Assembly: GCA_003942085.1 (NCBI GenBank)
Contig: DQIQ01000002.1
Coordinates: 898-64,897, forward strand
DNA: 64,000 nt
Origin: Thermoplasmata archaeon
Lineage (GTDB): Archaea > Thermoplasmatota > E2 > DHVEG-1
Reading direction: 5' to 3'
Of this stretch, positions 31,106 to 39,965 are shown piece by piece (the first letter of the stretch is position 1; the number at the start of each line of letters is the position of its first letter). The position numbers and the translations under genes were made by a program. The notes beneath the pieces are model-generated. The model had not been told where the DNA came from, did not search any database, and saw only the letters and a program-made list of their open reading frames with translations.

Positions 31106-31215
31106 GTTATCTCTCGGAGAAACAGCGAGAAATGAAAAAACTTAAATCAGAATATCCGTTCACCGTTCTCGGAACCATCTGATCATCAGAGATCTATTTC
31201 CTTAGATTAACAAAG

Positions 31216-33159
31216 GTGTCTGAAATGAAACAAAGCGTAAAAACGATCACAAAAAAAGATTTTTCATTGTTTGTAAACACATTGATAAAAGACGCAACCT
31301 ACGATGTCGTTGGAGTGGTAGCAAAAGGAAAACGTTTTATCTTTGATACCCTTTTTTCAGCAGACGACCTACAACTTCAGTATGATGTGACTATCCTGCC
31401 CCCAAAGAAATATTTCCTGCCACAAACCGAGTCGTTACTAAAATTTTCTTTAGAAAAACCCTTCGAAGAAAAAGAAACCCTCAATGACACACCGCGTATC
31501 ATCATTGGAGTCCATCCTTACGACATCATTGCCTTGGAACAGACCGATCGGCATTATCTTGATTCTCAACAAGACAATTTCTACAAAAAACGCCGAGAGA
31601 GCACTATGATCATCGGAGTTGATATCCAGAATGTCTCTGAGCGATCGTTTGCTGCAAGCATGAAAACAAACGTCACTGACACAGGTTTTGATTTGTTGCT
31701 CACCGATATTGGGAATGCCTATGCGGTGACCATTGGCTCTGAAAAAGGAAATAAGCTGTTGAAAAAATATGCAACGGTCAACGACGCCTCAAACGCTGAT
31801 CTGAAAAAAATTAAGACGGTTCGCGATGCTGTAATAAAGAAATATAAACAAAAAGTAAAAATCGATAAAAAAGACTGGTCCGCCCTTCTTGTCGGAAACT
31901 ATCATCATGCGATATGGGAGGAACATGCTGACGTCTGCATGGAATGCAGCTCATGCACCATGGTCTGTCCAACCTGTTTTTGTTATGATGTCAAAGAGAA
32001 CGTGTCATTGACCCTCAAGGACGGCACCCGAACCAGAACCTGGGATGGCTGCATGCTGAAAGATTTTACAAAAGTCGGCAGCGGAGAAGTCTTTCGCGAC
32101 GAAGTCAAAGAACGATATCGTCATCGATTCTTCAGAAAAGGCAATTACCTCCCGGAGCGCTATGGATTTGTCGCCTGTGTGGGATGCGGTCGATGCGGCA
32201 GTGCATGCTTACCTGATATCGCTGATCCCTGCAACCTCATCAACGAGCTTGCTCATTTTGATTCACAGGAAAATACAGGAAGATTCTTCATTACTGAAGA
32301 AAATGAGATGTTGGAAAAAGGAACAATTCATGTCCCGCGCAGTGCAACGATAAAAAAAATAACACCATTCAATGAACTGGACACCTTATTTGAAATTGAA
32401 CTTGATGATAAAAAACCTTTAGGGCATAAGCCAGGACAGTTCGTCGAGGTATCGGTTTTTGGATATGGGGAAGCACCATTCGGTATCTCAAATCCCCCTG
32501 GAAATACGCCGGTCTTTGAAATAATGGTCCGCCAAGTCGGGAACGTCACAAAAAAACTATGTTCATTAAAACCAGGCGATAAAGTTGGTATCAGGGGGCC
32601 GCTGGGTAATGGATTTAACGTACAATCATTCGAAGGAAAAACATTACTTTTTACCTCCGGTGGAACTGGTATGGTCCCGATGCGTTCTCTCATCAACCAC
32701 GTCCTTGATCCAAAGCTAAGAGATAAATTCAAGGAAGTCATCATTCTGTATGGAGCAAAACGCCCAAAGGAAATCACCTTTATGCCTGATGTTGAACAAT
32801 GGAAGAAAATACATGACGTACAATGCGAGCTTACCGTTGATCGATGTGAACCAAATGAATGTTGGGGTGGATGCACCGGTCTGATTACCACGTTATTCCC
32901 GAAGATAAAGGCAGATAAACTTGATTCGAAGAATACGATAGCAGTAGTGATCGGACCACCAGTGATGTACAAATTCGTCATCAAATGTCTGCAGACCCTT
33001 GGAATACCTGATGATAATATCTACGTGTCTCTTGAGCGTCGTATGAAATGTGGTGTCGCAAAATGCGGACATTGCCAGATGAACGGCGTCTACGTCTGTA
33101 AAGAAGGCCCAGTCTTCAATTATGGGAAACTAAAACAATTACCAGAGGCGTTTGAATGA
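31216..33159 (+). CDS. fused beta-gamma subunit of a sulfhydrogenase-type (group 3b-like) [NiFe]-hydrogenase: Fe-S domain + FAD/NAD(P)-binding domain + 2Fe-2S
   Basis: 647-aa ORF. The N-terminal half has CMECSSCTMVCPTCFCYD and CVGCGRCGSAC. The C-terminal half is a ferredoxin-reductase-type fold (GHKPGQFVEV..., LLFTSGGTGMVPM) ending in CGVAKCGHCQMNGVYVC. An alternative ATG start lies at 31225. Confidence 0.8.
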   Translation: MSEMKQSVKTITKKDFSLFVNTLIKDATYDVVGVVAKGKRFIFDTLFSADDLQLQYDVTILPPKKYFLPQTESLLKFSLEKPFEEKETLNDTPRIIIGVHPYDIIALEQTDRHYLDSQQDNFYKKRRESTMIIGVDIQNVSERSFAASMKTNVTDTGFDLLLTDIGNAYAVTIGSEKGNKLLKKYATVNDASNADLKKIKTVRDAVIKKYKQKVKIDKKDWSALLVGNYHHAIWEEHADVCMECSSCTMVCPTCFCYDVKENVSLTLKDGTRTRTWDGCMLKDFTKVGSGEVFRDEVKERYRHRFFRKGNYLPERYGFVACVGCGRCGSACLPDIADPCNLINELAHFDSQENTGRFFITEENEMLEKGTIHVPRSATIKKITPFNELDTLFEIELDDKKPLGHKPGQFVEVSVFGYGEAPFGISNPPGNTPVFEIMVRQVGNVTKKLCSLKPGDKVGIRGPLGNGFNVQSFEGKTLLFTSGGTGMVPMRSLINHVLDPKLRDKFKEVIILYGAKRPKEITFMPDVEQWKKIHDVQCELTVDRCEPNECWGGCTGLITTLFPKIKADKLDSKNTIAVVIGPPVMYKFVIKCLQTLGIPDDNIYVSLERRMKCGVAKCGHCQMNGVYVCKEGPVFNYGKLKQLPEAFE

Positions 33160-33920
33160 AACAAAAACCACGGGTCGCTGTCTTTGATTTTGCAGATTGT
33201 GAAGGATGTGAGCTTGAAATCGCTGATCTCGAGGAAGAAATCCTTGATTTGATTTCACTGGTTGATATCGTCTCGTTTCGAGAGGTGATGAAGGAGCATT
33301 CTGATACTTATGATATCGCTATTGTCGAAGGCTCCATTATGCGGCCGATGGATGAACAACGGCTAAGAGGGATCCGGAGTCGCGCAAAAATCCTTATTGC
33401 CCTTGGTGCCTGCGCAACCATGGGTGGGGTCAACAAGATTAGGAACCAATGGATGCCGGATGAAGTAAAAAAAGATGTGTATGGTGATGCAAACCTTAAA
33501 GGAAACGAGCTTTTTGATGTTTTTCAAACCAAGGCGATCAACGAAGTCGTGCCTGTTGATTATTATATCTATGGCTGTCCCATTGATCGTGATGAATTTA
33601 AATCGGTCATCACCGCAATTGCTTTGGGGAAGAAACCTGAGATCCCCCGGTATCCTGTCTGCGTCGAATGTAAGAAAAACGAAAATATCTGCCAATTCGA
33701 GCTAGGCGCATTCTGCCTTGGTCCGATCACTCGCGCGGGATGCAAAGCGATCTGTCCGACCCATAATAGCCCCTGTGAAGGATGTAGAGGTCTCATCAAG
33801 AAGCAGGAAGCAGATTGCGTCAAAGCGGTATTGGAACGATACAAGCTTTCCTATGAGGATATACGACGACGATGCACGATGTATAACTATGGACGAAAGG
33901 AGTGTAGTTACGATGAGTAA
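33156..33920 (+). CDS. hydD: [NiFe]-hydrogenase small (delta) subunit, group 3b-like
   Basis: 254-aa ORF with RVAVFDFADCEGCE...IVEGSI...GACATMGG...GCP. Overlaps on both sides give ATGA-type coupling to the flanking hydrogenase genes. Confidence 0.85.
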   Translation: MKQKPRVAVFDFADCEGCELEIADLEEEILDLISLVDIVSFREVMKEHSDTYDIAIVEGSIMRPMDEQRLRGIRSRAKILIALGACATMGGVNKIRNQWMPDEVKKDVYGDANLKGNELFDVFQTKAINEVVPVDYYIYGCPIDRDEFKSVITAIALGKKPEIPRYPVCVECKKNENICQFELGAFCLGPITRAGCKAICPTHNSPCEGCRGLIKKQEADCVKAVLERYKLSYEDIRRRCTMYNYGRKECSYDE

Positions 33921-35214
33921 AGATTTTTCTGTTCATGTTGAACATGTCACCCGTGTTGAAGGCCATGGCAATATCATTCTTGATGTGAAAAACGGTAGGA
34001 TCGAAAAACTACAATGGAATGTTGTTGAGGCGCCGCGGTTCTTTGAAGCGATGTTGCGCGGACAGCATTATAACGAGCTGCGCCCGATCACCTCACGGAT
34101 CTGTGGGATTTGCTCTATCGGTCATTCCCTTGCCTCGTTAAAAGCAACGGAAGATGCGCTGGGGGTGAAGATCACCAAGCAGACTGAGATGCTGCGTCGT
34201 TTAGCGATTCATGCGGAGAACATGCAGAGCCATATCCTTCATATTGGATACCTTGTCGCACCTGATCTCTTTGGCGTGGGCAGCGTATTTCCAATGGTAG
34301 GGACCCATACAGAAGCGGTACTCAAGATAGTGAAATTGCATCGTCTTGCCAATGAGATGTCCGATTTGATTTGCGGACGAACGATCCATCCTATTCGAAT
34401 GGTGGTCGGTGGTTTTTCCATGCATCCGACAGAAAAACAGCTTGTCCAATTAAAAAATAGATTACTTGAAGCGCAGGAACTCACAAAGGAGATTGCCTCA
34501 CTCGTTCAGAGTGTCGGTGATAAACTCCCAGCCTTCACACGCGAAACCGAGTATATTGGATTAACCTCAGATTCCGAATATGCGTTGTACGATGGTAAAA
34601 TTGCATCAACCGACACAGGAGTACATCCTGCCTATCGGGACTATAAAGAAATCATGGAAGAATATTTTGTCCCTCATTCTACTGCAAAATATGCGAAACA
34701 TGCACGAGAATCCTACATGGTTGGTGCACTTGCACGATTCAACCTGAATAGCAAACAACTTCATCCAGATGCTCAAGACGTCGCCCATATGTTTGGACTA
34801 AAACCTATCAACTACAACCCGTTCATGAATACGATCGCTCAGCTTGTGGAATTTACTCATAGCATCCAGGATTCTCTTTCTTTGATTGATTCACTCCTGG
34901 ATCAAGGTATAAAGCAAGAAAAACCGATTCGGCCAGCAGTAAAGGCAGGTCGGGGCGTTGGTCTTGTTGAAGTACCCCGTGGGATCCTTGTCCATGATTA
35001 CACCCTCAACTCAAAAGGGTATTGTACAAAAGCGAATTGTATTATTCCAACAAACCAGAACCATGCGAACATCCAGTTAGATATGGAAAAACTAGTCCCT
35101 GAGATAATGAACAAATCACCAAAGGAAATCGAATTGACCTTAGAGATGTTGGTGCGGGCATATGATCCATGTATCTCCTGCTCGACCCATTATCTCGATG
35201 TCATCTTCGTCTAA
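33913..35214 (+). CDS. hydA: [NiFe]-hydrogenase large (alpha) subunit, group 3b-like
   Basis: I place the start at ATG 33913 (MSKDFSVHVEHVTRVEGHG), because the track's 33718 start overlaps hydD. The N-terminal Ni-binding motif is RICGICSIGH and the C-terminal motif is DPCISCSTH. Confidence 0.9.
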   Translation: MSKDFSVHVEHVTRVEGHGNIILDVKNGRIEKLQWNVVEAPRFFEAMLRGQHYNELRPITSRICGICSIGHSLASLKATEDALGVKITKQTEMLRRLAIHAENMQSHILHIGYLVAPDLFGVGSVFPMVGTHTEAVLKIVKLHRLANEMSDLICGRTIHPIRMVVGGFSMHPTEKQLVQLKNRLLEAQELTKEIASLVQSVGDKLPAFTRETEYIGLTSDSEYALYDGKIASTDTGVHPAYRDYKEIMEEYFVPHSTAKYAKHARESYMVGALARFNLNSKQLHPDAQDVAHMFGLKPINYNPFMNTIAQLVEFTHSIQDSLSLIDSLLDQGIKQEKPIRPAVKAGRGVGLVEVPRGILVHDYTLNSKGYCTKANCIIPTNQNHANIQLDMEKLVPEIMNKSPKEIELTLEMLVRAYDPCISCSTHYLDVIFV

Positions 35215-35226
35215 TTACTATTCATT

Positions 35227-35712
35227 ATGAATACGATAGGCATTATAGGATTAGGAAATCCCCTCCGACGTGACGATGGCATTGGTCTGGTTCTCCTTGA
35301 TCAAATGCAGTGTTATACAAAAGAATTCGGAAAAAATATCACCTTCATAGACGGGGGGACCGGTGGCATGAACCTGCTGCATCAGCTTTCTCGATTTGGT
35401 TCAATTCTCATCATTGATGCGGTTGATTTCAAAGGAAAACCCGGGGACGCAAAGCTGTTTAGCTTAGAACAAATTAAAAGTAACAAAACACCCGAGCTTT
35501 TCTCAACACATGAATCAGATTTTATTACAATCCTTGCTCTTTCAGCGCAGTTAAACGAACTGCCTGAAAATGTTTCCTTGTTTGGTGTGCAGCCCTTTGA
35601 TGTATCATTCGGAACCGGGTTATCAAAACAAATCGTCCCCCTACTTGATGATCTGAGCAAGAAGCTGAAAAAGGAGATACTGAAGCTGATCAAGGATAAT
35701 CTGACATCATAA
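35227..35712 (+). CDS. hydrogenase maturation endopeptidase (HycI/FrhD/HyaD family)
   Basis: 161-aa ORF with IGLGNPLRRDDGIG...IIDAVD...STHE. It lies immediately downstream of the large subunit. Confidence 0.85.
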   Translation: MNTIGIIGLGNPLRRDDGIGLVLLDQMQCYTKEFGKNITFIDGGTGGMNLLHQLSRFGSILIIDAVDFKGKPGDAKLFSLEQIKSNKTPELFSTHESDFITILALSAQLNELPENVSLFGVQPFDVSFGTGLSKQIVPLLDDLSKKLKKEILKLIKDNLTS

Positions 35713-36966
35713 GATCTCATCTAGGGACTGTTGTTCGAGCGTTATTTCTTCAGGTTTTTTCTTGTATTTTTTCCAGATAAATGAGATACAGACTGTTAAT
35801 ATGATGCTAACAATAGGTAATACAATCGCGGTCAGCACGTTTTCTAATACCATATAGTCGATGATGAAAAGTAAACCAAAGGAGAAAATCATGATGCCAG
35901 AGAATAGTTTTAGCCTCTGCACTTGCCATTCAGAAAGTTTCATCGTTCCCAGGGTCAGGCTGAATAGCAGTAAAATGATGATGAGCGGGATGACGTATAC
36001 CACATTGTAAAAGAAAATGTAGAGATAATATTCAAGCAGTGGAAGCTGGGCCTCAGCCAGCCGTGTCGTATAAATAAGAGGAAAGCCAAGCGTGCAGAGC
36101 AGCTCATAAAAATTCACACTCACCGCCAAAAATATTGTGCCTCCCAGCATTGCAAGGAGTGAGGGAGATTTTACGAGTTTTCGTATCCGTTTGAATGTTA
36201 CGGATCGTTTCTCTTCAGGGATACTCAGACTTGGACCTTTCTTCAAAGAAAAAAAATCCTTGATGTTGAACAGACCGATTCCAACGGCAATAATTCCTAC
36301 TGCCAGAGAGATCATTTTGATGAACGTCGCGGTGATAAGGAGCGTATTAAACATCACAAACATGAAGATGAAGTAGAAAAACCCTGAAAAAAAGATAAAG
36401 ATACCACCCACGAGCAGCATCCTACGTCTTGATTGAAGATACAATAATAGATTTAGCAGAAAGATCAGGATGAAAAAGGAACAAGGATTGAAACTATCCA
36501 ATCCTCCCAACACTATGGTCAACACAGGGAGAGACAGGGACGTAAGATTGACCGTTCCGATCCATGGTATGTTCAGGGTATTCATATCATATTTGTTATG
36601 AATGCTAAGGTTTATAATGTACTGATCGATGCTCTCAGTTATCTCATCGTAGGTCAGGTTTGCCTTTGGGATTCTTGTCTCATTATTGATTATAACTGAT
36701 GGAAAACTAAGTCCCCGAACATGCATTTCGTTACGATTTGTCGCATTCGAACTGACCTCTTTTTTTTGGATGATTACCACTCTTGAGTAATTCTCTGCAT
36801 AATGAACCGTTATATTATCGATGATTGAAACAGCTGATTTACAGGAACTACAGGTCTCAGAATAATAAAAATCAACGATAATTTGATTTTCCGCTAGAAC
36901 CGATGTAGTCAAAATCAGCAGGAGACCAAAGGCGATGACCATGGTAAAATATCGGTTCTTTTTCAT
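35707..36966 (-). CDS. CcdA/DsbD-family thiol-disulfide transporter fused to an N-terminal exported thioredoxin/glutaredoxin-like domain
   Basis: 419-aa ORF. It has a signal/anchor sequence, then DFYYSETCSSCK (CxxC), then multiple TM helices with the DsbD-type Cys motifs LDSFNPCSFFIL and YELLCTLGFPL. Confidence 0.65.
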   Translation of the reverse strand: MKKNRYFTMVIAFGLLLILTTSVLAENQIIVDFYYSETCSSCKSAVSIIDNITVHYAENYSRVVIIQKKEVSSNATNRNEMHVRGLSFPSVIINNETRIPKANLTYDEITESIDQYIINLSIHNKYDMNTLNIPWIGTVNLTSLSLPVLTIVLGGLDSFNPCSFFILIFLLNLLLYLQSRRRMLLVGGIFIFFSGFFYFIFMFVMFNTLLITATFIKMISLAVGIIAVGIGLFNIKDFFSLKKGPSLSIPEEKRSVTFKRIRKLVKSPSLLAMLGGTIFLAVSVNFYELLCTLGFPLIYTTRLAEAQLPLLEYYLYIFFYNVVYVIPLIIILLLFSLTLGTMKLSEWQVQRLKLFSGIMIFSFGLLFIIDYMVLENVLTAIVLPIVSIILTVCISFIWKKYKKKPEEITLEQQSLDEIL

Positions 36967-36971
36967 GTAAC

Positions 36972-37229
36972 CTATCCACCCGAGACCACTGGTGGAGATA
37001 GGGTAATTTCATCTCCGTTACTTACAATGGCATCATATGAAGCATACATTTTATTTTTTGTCACCATCATGCGGCTTTTATCTTTTTCTGCTGCAGGATA
37101 CACTTTCACAAAAGCATCGACAACATCCCTGAGGGTGTTTCCAATGGAGATGTCAAGATTTATTTGATCTTTACCAGCGAAGTCTTTGTATCGTCCAAAC
37201 ACCAGAACTGTTATTATCATGGGCTTCAT
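36972..37229 (-). CDS. MoaD/ThiS-family ubiquitin-like small protein ending in Gly-Gly (SAMP-like)
   Basis: 85-aa ORF ending ...GDEITLSPPVVSGG*. It lies 18 nt downstream of the E1-like gene. Confidence 0.8.
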   Translation of the reverse strand: MKPMIITVLVFGRYKDFAGKDQINLDISIGNTLRDVVDAFVKVYPAAEKDKSRMMVTKNKMYASYDAIVSNGDEITLSPPVVSGG

Positions 37230-37247
37230 CCTTTAGGCAGATTCTTT

Positions 37248-37964
37248 TTACTTTTTCCCGCAGACCGGACAATCGGGGTTCCTTTTAATATTCATGACAT
37301 CAAAACATTGATCCCAGACGTCATAGATAATAAGCCCAGCAAGGGGTTTTCCAAGTAATAGTTTTATGGTCTCATTGCATTGAATTGAAGCGATTGTTGC
37401 AGGAAGACTACCGAGCACGGGAATTTCACCAGGGATCGATTCTGGGATGTTTTGAGAGATACACTGGAAACACGGTGTCTTCTGCGGAAGAACTCCCATA
37501 ATCATACCAACCGTCTCATATACTCCTGCATAAACCCAAGGAATATTATAGTGCAATGACACGTTGTTGATAAGATGGCGCAGTGACACACTATCAGTGC
37601 CATCCACGATCACATCAGCGTTTTTTACAAACGATTCGATATTTTCTTTTGTTATTTTCTGGTTGATACCTCTTATATGTGCCTCAGGGTTGATCGCATG
37701 TAATCTTTCCTCAAGAATAAGTGCTTTCGATTTCCCAACATCCTCTTGGGTAAAGAGGGATGTTCGATGAAGATTTGTGATATCAATCGTATCCTTATCA
37801 ATGATGTCTATGGTGCCAATGCCCATCCGAACAAAGATATTTGCACTGTTACTTCCAAGGCCTCCACCACCAATAATCACTATGTTTTTTTTGGACAGCG
37901 TCTCCTGTCCTCTCTGACCGAATTCTTTGACTAAGATCTGTCGTCTATATCGCTCTAGGTTCAT
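37248..37964 (-). CDS. ThiF/MoeB/UbaA-family E1-like adenylyltransferase
   Basis: 238-aa ORF with RYRRQI, the nucleotide loop IIGGGGLGS, DKDTIDITNLHR, and Zn-site pairs CFQC and CPVCG. No rhodanese domain is present. Confidence 0.85.
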   Translation of the reverse strand: MNLERYRRQILVKEFGQRGQETLSKKNIVIIGGGGLGSNSANIFVRMGIGTIDIIDKDTIDITNLHRTSLFTQEDVGKSKALILEERLHAINPEAHIRGINQKITKENIESFVKNADVIVDGTDSVSLRHLINNVSLHYNIPWVYAGVYETVGMIMGVLPQKTPCFQCISQNIPESIPGEIPVLGSLPATIASIQCNETIKLLLGKPLAGLIIYDVWDQCFDVMNIKRNPDCPVCGKK

Positions 37965-38080
37965 GGTACTACCTTACTGTTTCCCTGAAATTATTTGCTT
38001 AAAAATGAAGTTGGCTTATAAATACATTACCTGCCCACTAATTTCGTGAATAGACGATTGCCAAATACGGATTTTTGTCT

Positions 38081-38920
38081 TTAGTTGACGATTGCCCCGG
38101 CTACTTGGTCGATATAAAATGCCAGGTGTTGGCCGACATATTGTTCTTTTGCGACCATGTGAGGTTGCCAATGAGAGACCGTTGATATGACCATGATGTT
38201 ATTGTCAACGATATCGGGGAACGTAAGGTTCCCATGTTTTGCAGCACCATCAAAAGCAACGGTGTAGGTTTGTGTCTTCTGTGGTGAAAGGAATACTATT
38301 TTCTTAATTGCGTAATCAAGGAAGGCATAATGATAGGGGTGACCATTTTGCATCTGCCATCGAGAAACAATCTCTGTGACATAGGATCGTAAGATACCAA
38401 TGTAAAGTTTATTACCGGTATTCTTCACTGTCACTGTGATGTCCAATTTTGCATTTCCATGTCCGGTCACATTGGTGGTAACCTCAAGAGGATGAACGGT
38501 TCGTGCTCCTGCTTCTTCGATTGCAGGACGGTAAAGTAATTCAGTCTGTTGGGGGGTCGAAGAAGATCCAACTATCTGGGAAAATCCACCATCAATAAAC
38601 ACGGTTGGGAATGCGTATCCACGGTATTGTGCCGTCCGATCTTTTGCAAGTTTTGATTGATCATAGACAAGTGCGACATAATAGAAAGGATACTCCGCGC
38701 TGTTGTAAATATTATACAATGCTTCTGCCGCATTCGGACAATTCGGGCACCACGTCGCGGTCTCTTCCTCGATAAAAACTGTATGATTGAAATTCGAGTT
38801 TGTTGGAAGAGCGTTTTTCTGAGGTTGGACTATAGTGGTGCTGGTCATTGTTGTAACTGCTGCTGCAAACGGCGAAACCAATAATATCGCCGCTACGATA
38901 AGTAATATCATCTTTTTCAT
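38081..38920 (-). CDS. exported thioredoxin-fold protein (WCPNC motif) with a C-terminal beta-rich domain
   Basis: 279-aa ORF with an N-terminal signal/anchor (MKKMILLIVAAILLVSPFAAA) and a redox motif ATWCPNCPNA. Confidence 0.6.
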   Translation of the reverse strand: MKKMILLIVAAILLVSPFAAAVTTMTSTTIVQPQKNALPTNSNFNHTVFIEEETATWCPNCPNAAEALYNIYNSAEYPFYYVALVYDQSKLAKDRTAQYRGYAFPTVFIDGGFSQIVGSSSTPQQTELLYRPAIEEAGARTVHPLEVTTNVTGHGNAKLDITVTVKNTGNKLYIGILRSYVTEIVSRWQMQNGHPYHYAFLDYAIKKIVFLSPQKTQTYTVAFDGAAKHGNLTFPDIVDNNIMVISTVSHWQPHMVAKEQYVGQHLAFYIDQVAGAIVN

Positions 38921-38971
38921 ATTATTCCCCTTTTTATTTTAATAATATATGGAGACTTGCTATTTAAATAT

Positions 38972-39805
38972 TTACTCTGTTTTCTTTTTAACCAGTTCTC
39001 TTGCTGGGATACCCCCATATGTTTTACCTTTTATCAACACTTGGCCTTTGGTGACCACGGCACCAGCTGCCACGATGGCGTCATCTTCAAGGACTGCTCC
39101 AGGCATAATAATAGCCCCGGCACCAATAATACAGTTATTTCCCACCCGTATTTTATCCATAAAAATCGTCTCATATTGCATGTTATGAATATGTCCATAG
39201 ATGATAGCATATTCTCCCATGGTGACGTTATTTCCAAACTCTGTCAGACAGGGGTCTTTTATTACTCCTCCGACGAGTGAGTTTTGACCAATTTTCATCC
39301 CAAGAAATCGTAAATACGTTTGTTTTGTTTTTCCCAAGGGAAATATTTCTAGGAGCTTTCGAAAGGGAGTATAGAGAACACAGATTAGAGTCCATTTGAT
39401 GGTGTTTTTATTTCTGAATGTATAGTCATGAGTTCCTGGTTGATAGGTAATGTGAAAAAGCCTTATTATAGCACCGGTGATATAAAGCTCGGAGATGAAT
39501 AATAAAACCGCTGCGAGGTAGAGCACAATCGGCAGTACCAGAAACTGCCATAATTTCGTAAAAGCGAAATAATGGAAATACTGATGAAGAATATAAAAAG
39601 CAACAACCATCGGAACAAGCGCGATAATAAAGATTATCGATGGAATGAGCGTAAAGAAATAAGACCAGAGTGGTCGTTGTGCTTTTTTCTGTTTGATTAT
39701 TTCTTCAGACATGAAGATGTCAATATCTTCAGAGGATAAAAAATCTACTAATGAACCATATTCTTTACTTTGACATTTAACCAACGTATATTTAAATAGA
39801 ATCAC
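38972..39805 (-). CDS. membrane-anchored hexapeptide-repeat (LbH) acyltransferase
   Basis: 277-aa ORF with a GTG start (alternative ATG at 39712). It has ~3 predicted TM helices, then LbH repeats: IGQNSLVGGVI...IGAGAIIMPGAVLEDDAIVAAGAVVTKG. Confidence 0.65.
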   Translation of the reverse strand: MILFKYTLVKCQSKEYGSLVDFLSSEDIDIFMSEEIIKQKKAQRPLWSYFFTLIPSIIFIIALVPMVVAFYILHQYFHYFAFTKLWQFLVLPIVLYLAAVLLFISELYITGAIIRLFHITYQPGTHDYTFRNKNTIKWTLICVLYTPFRKLLEIFPLGKTKQTYLRFLGMKIGQNSLVGGVIKDPCLTEFGNNVTMGEYAIIYGHIHNMQYETIFMDKIRVGNNCIIGAGAIIMPGAVLEDDAIVAAGAVVTKGQVLIKGKTYGGIPARELVKKKTE

Positions 39806-39965
39806 ACCAACAACATCCTACTGGAGATGTTTTCCAATGGTGAAAAAAAATCCTAAGAAACCACAACGGTCAAAACAGCTTCATAAGGATAAAAATACCT
39901 ATTCCAAAAAACAGCAACGCTACTATGCATTTGGATTCCTTATCGGTGAATATTAAACAAATTTT

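Noticed and set aside
32328-32984. 218-aa minus-strand ORF
   Set aside because: It is antisense to the hydrogenase beta-gamma gene. The sequence is Ser/Pro-rich and low-complexity, with no start context, so it is a shadow ORF.
33718-33912. 65-codon N-terminal extension of the hydrogenase large-subunit ORF
   Set aside because: It overlaps the delta-subunit gene in another frame. The conserved large-subunit sequence begins at the ATG at 33913, which overlaps the hydD stop in the usual coupled fashion.
39837-39956. 39-aa plus-strand ORF (MVKKNPKKPQRSKQLHKDKNTYSKKQQRYYAFGFLIGEY) in the spacer between two minus-strand genes
   Set aside because: It has no ribosome-binding site and a low-complexity basic composition. 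Its orientation is opposite to the whole surrounding cluster. The spacer is more simply the promoter region of 38972..39805. It cannot be excluded without expression data.
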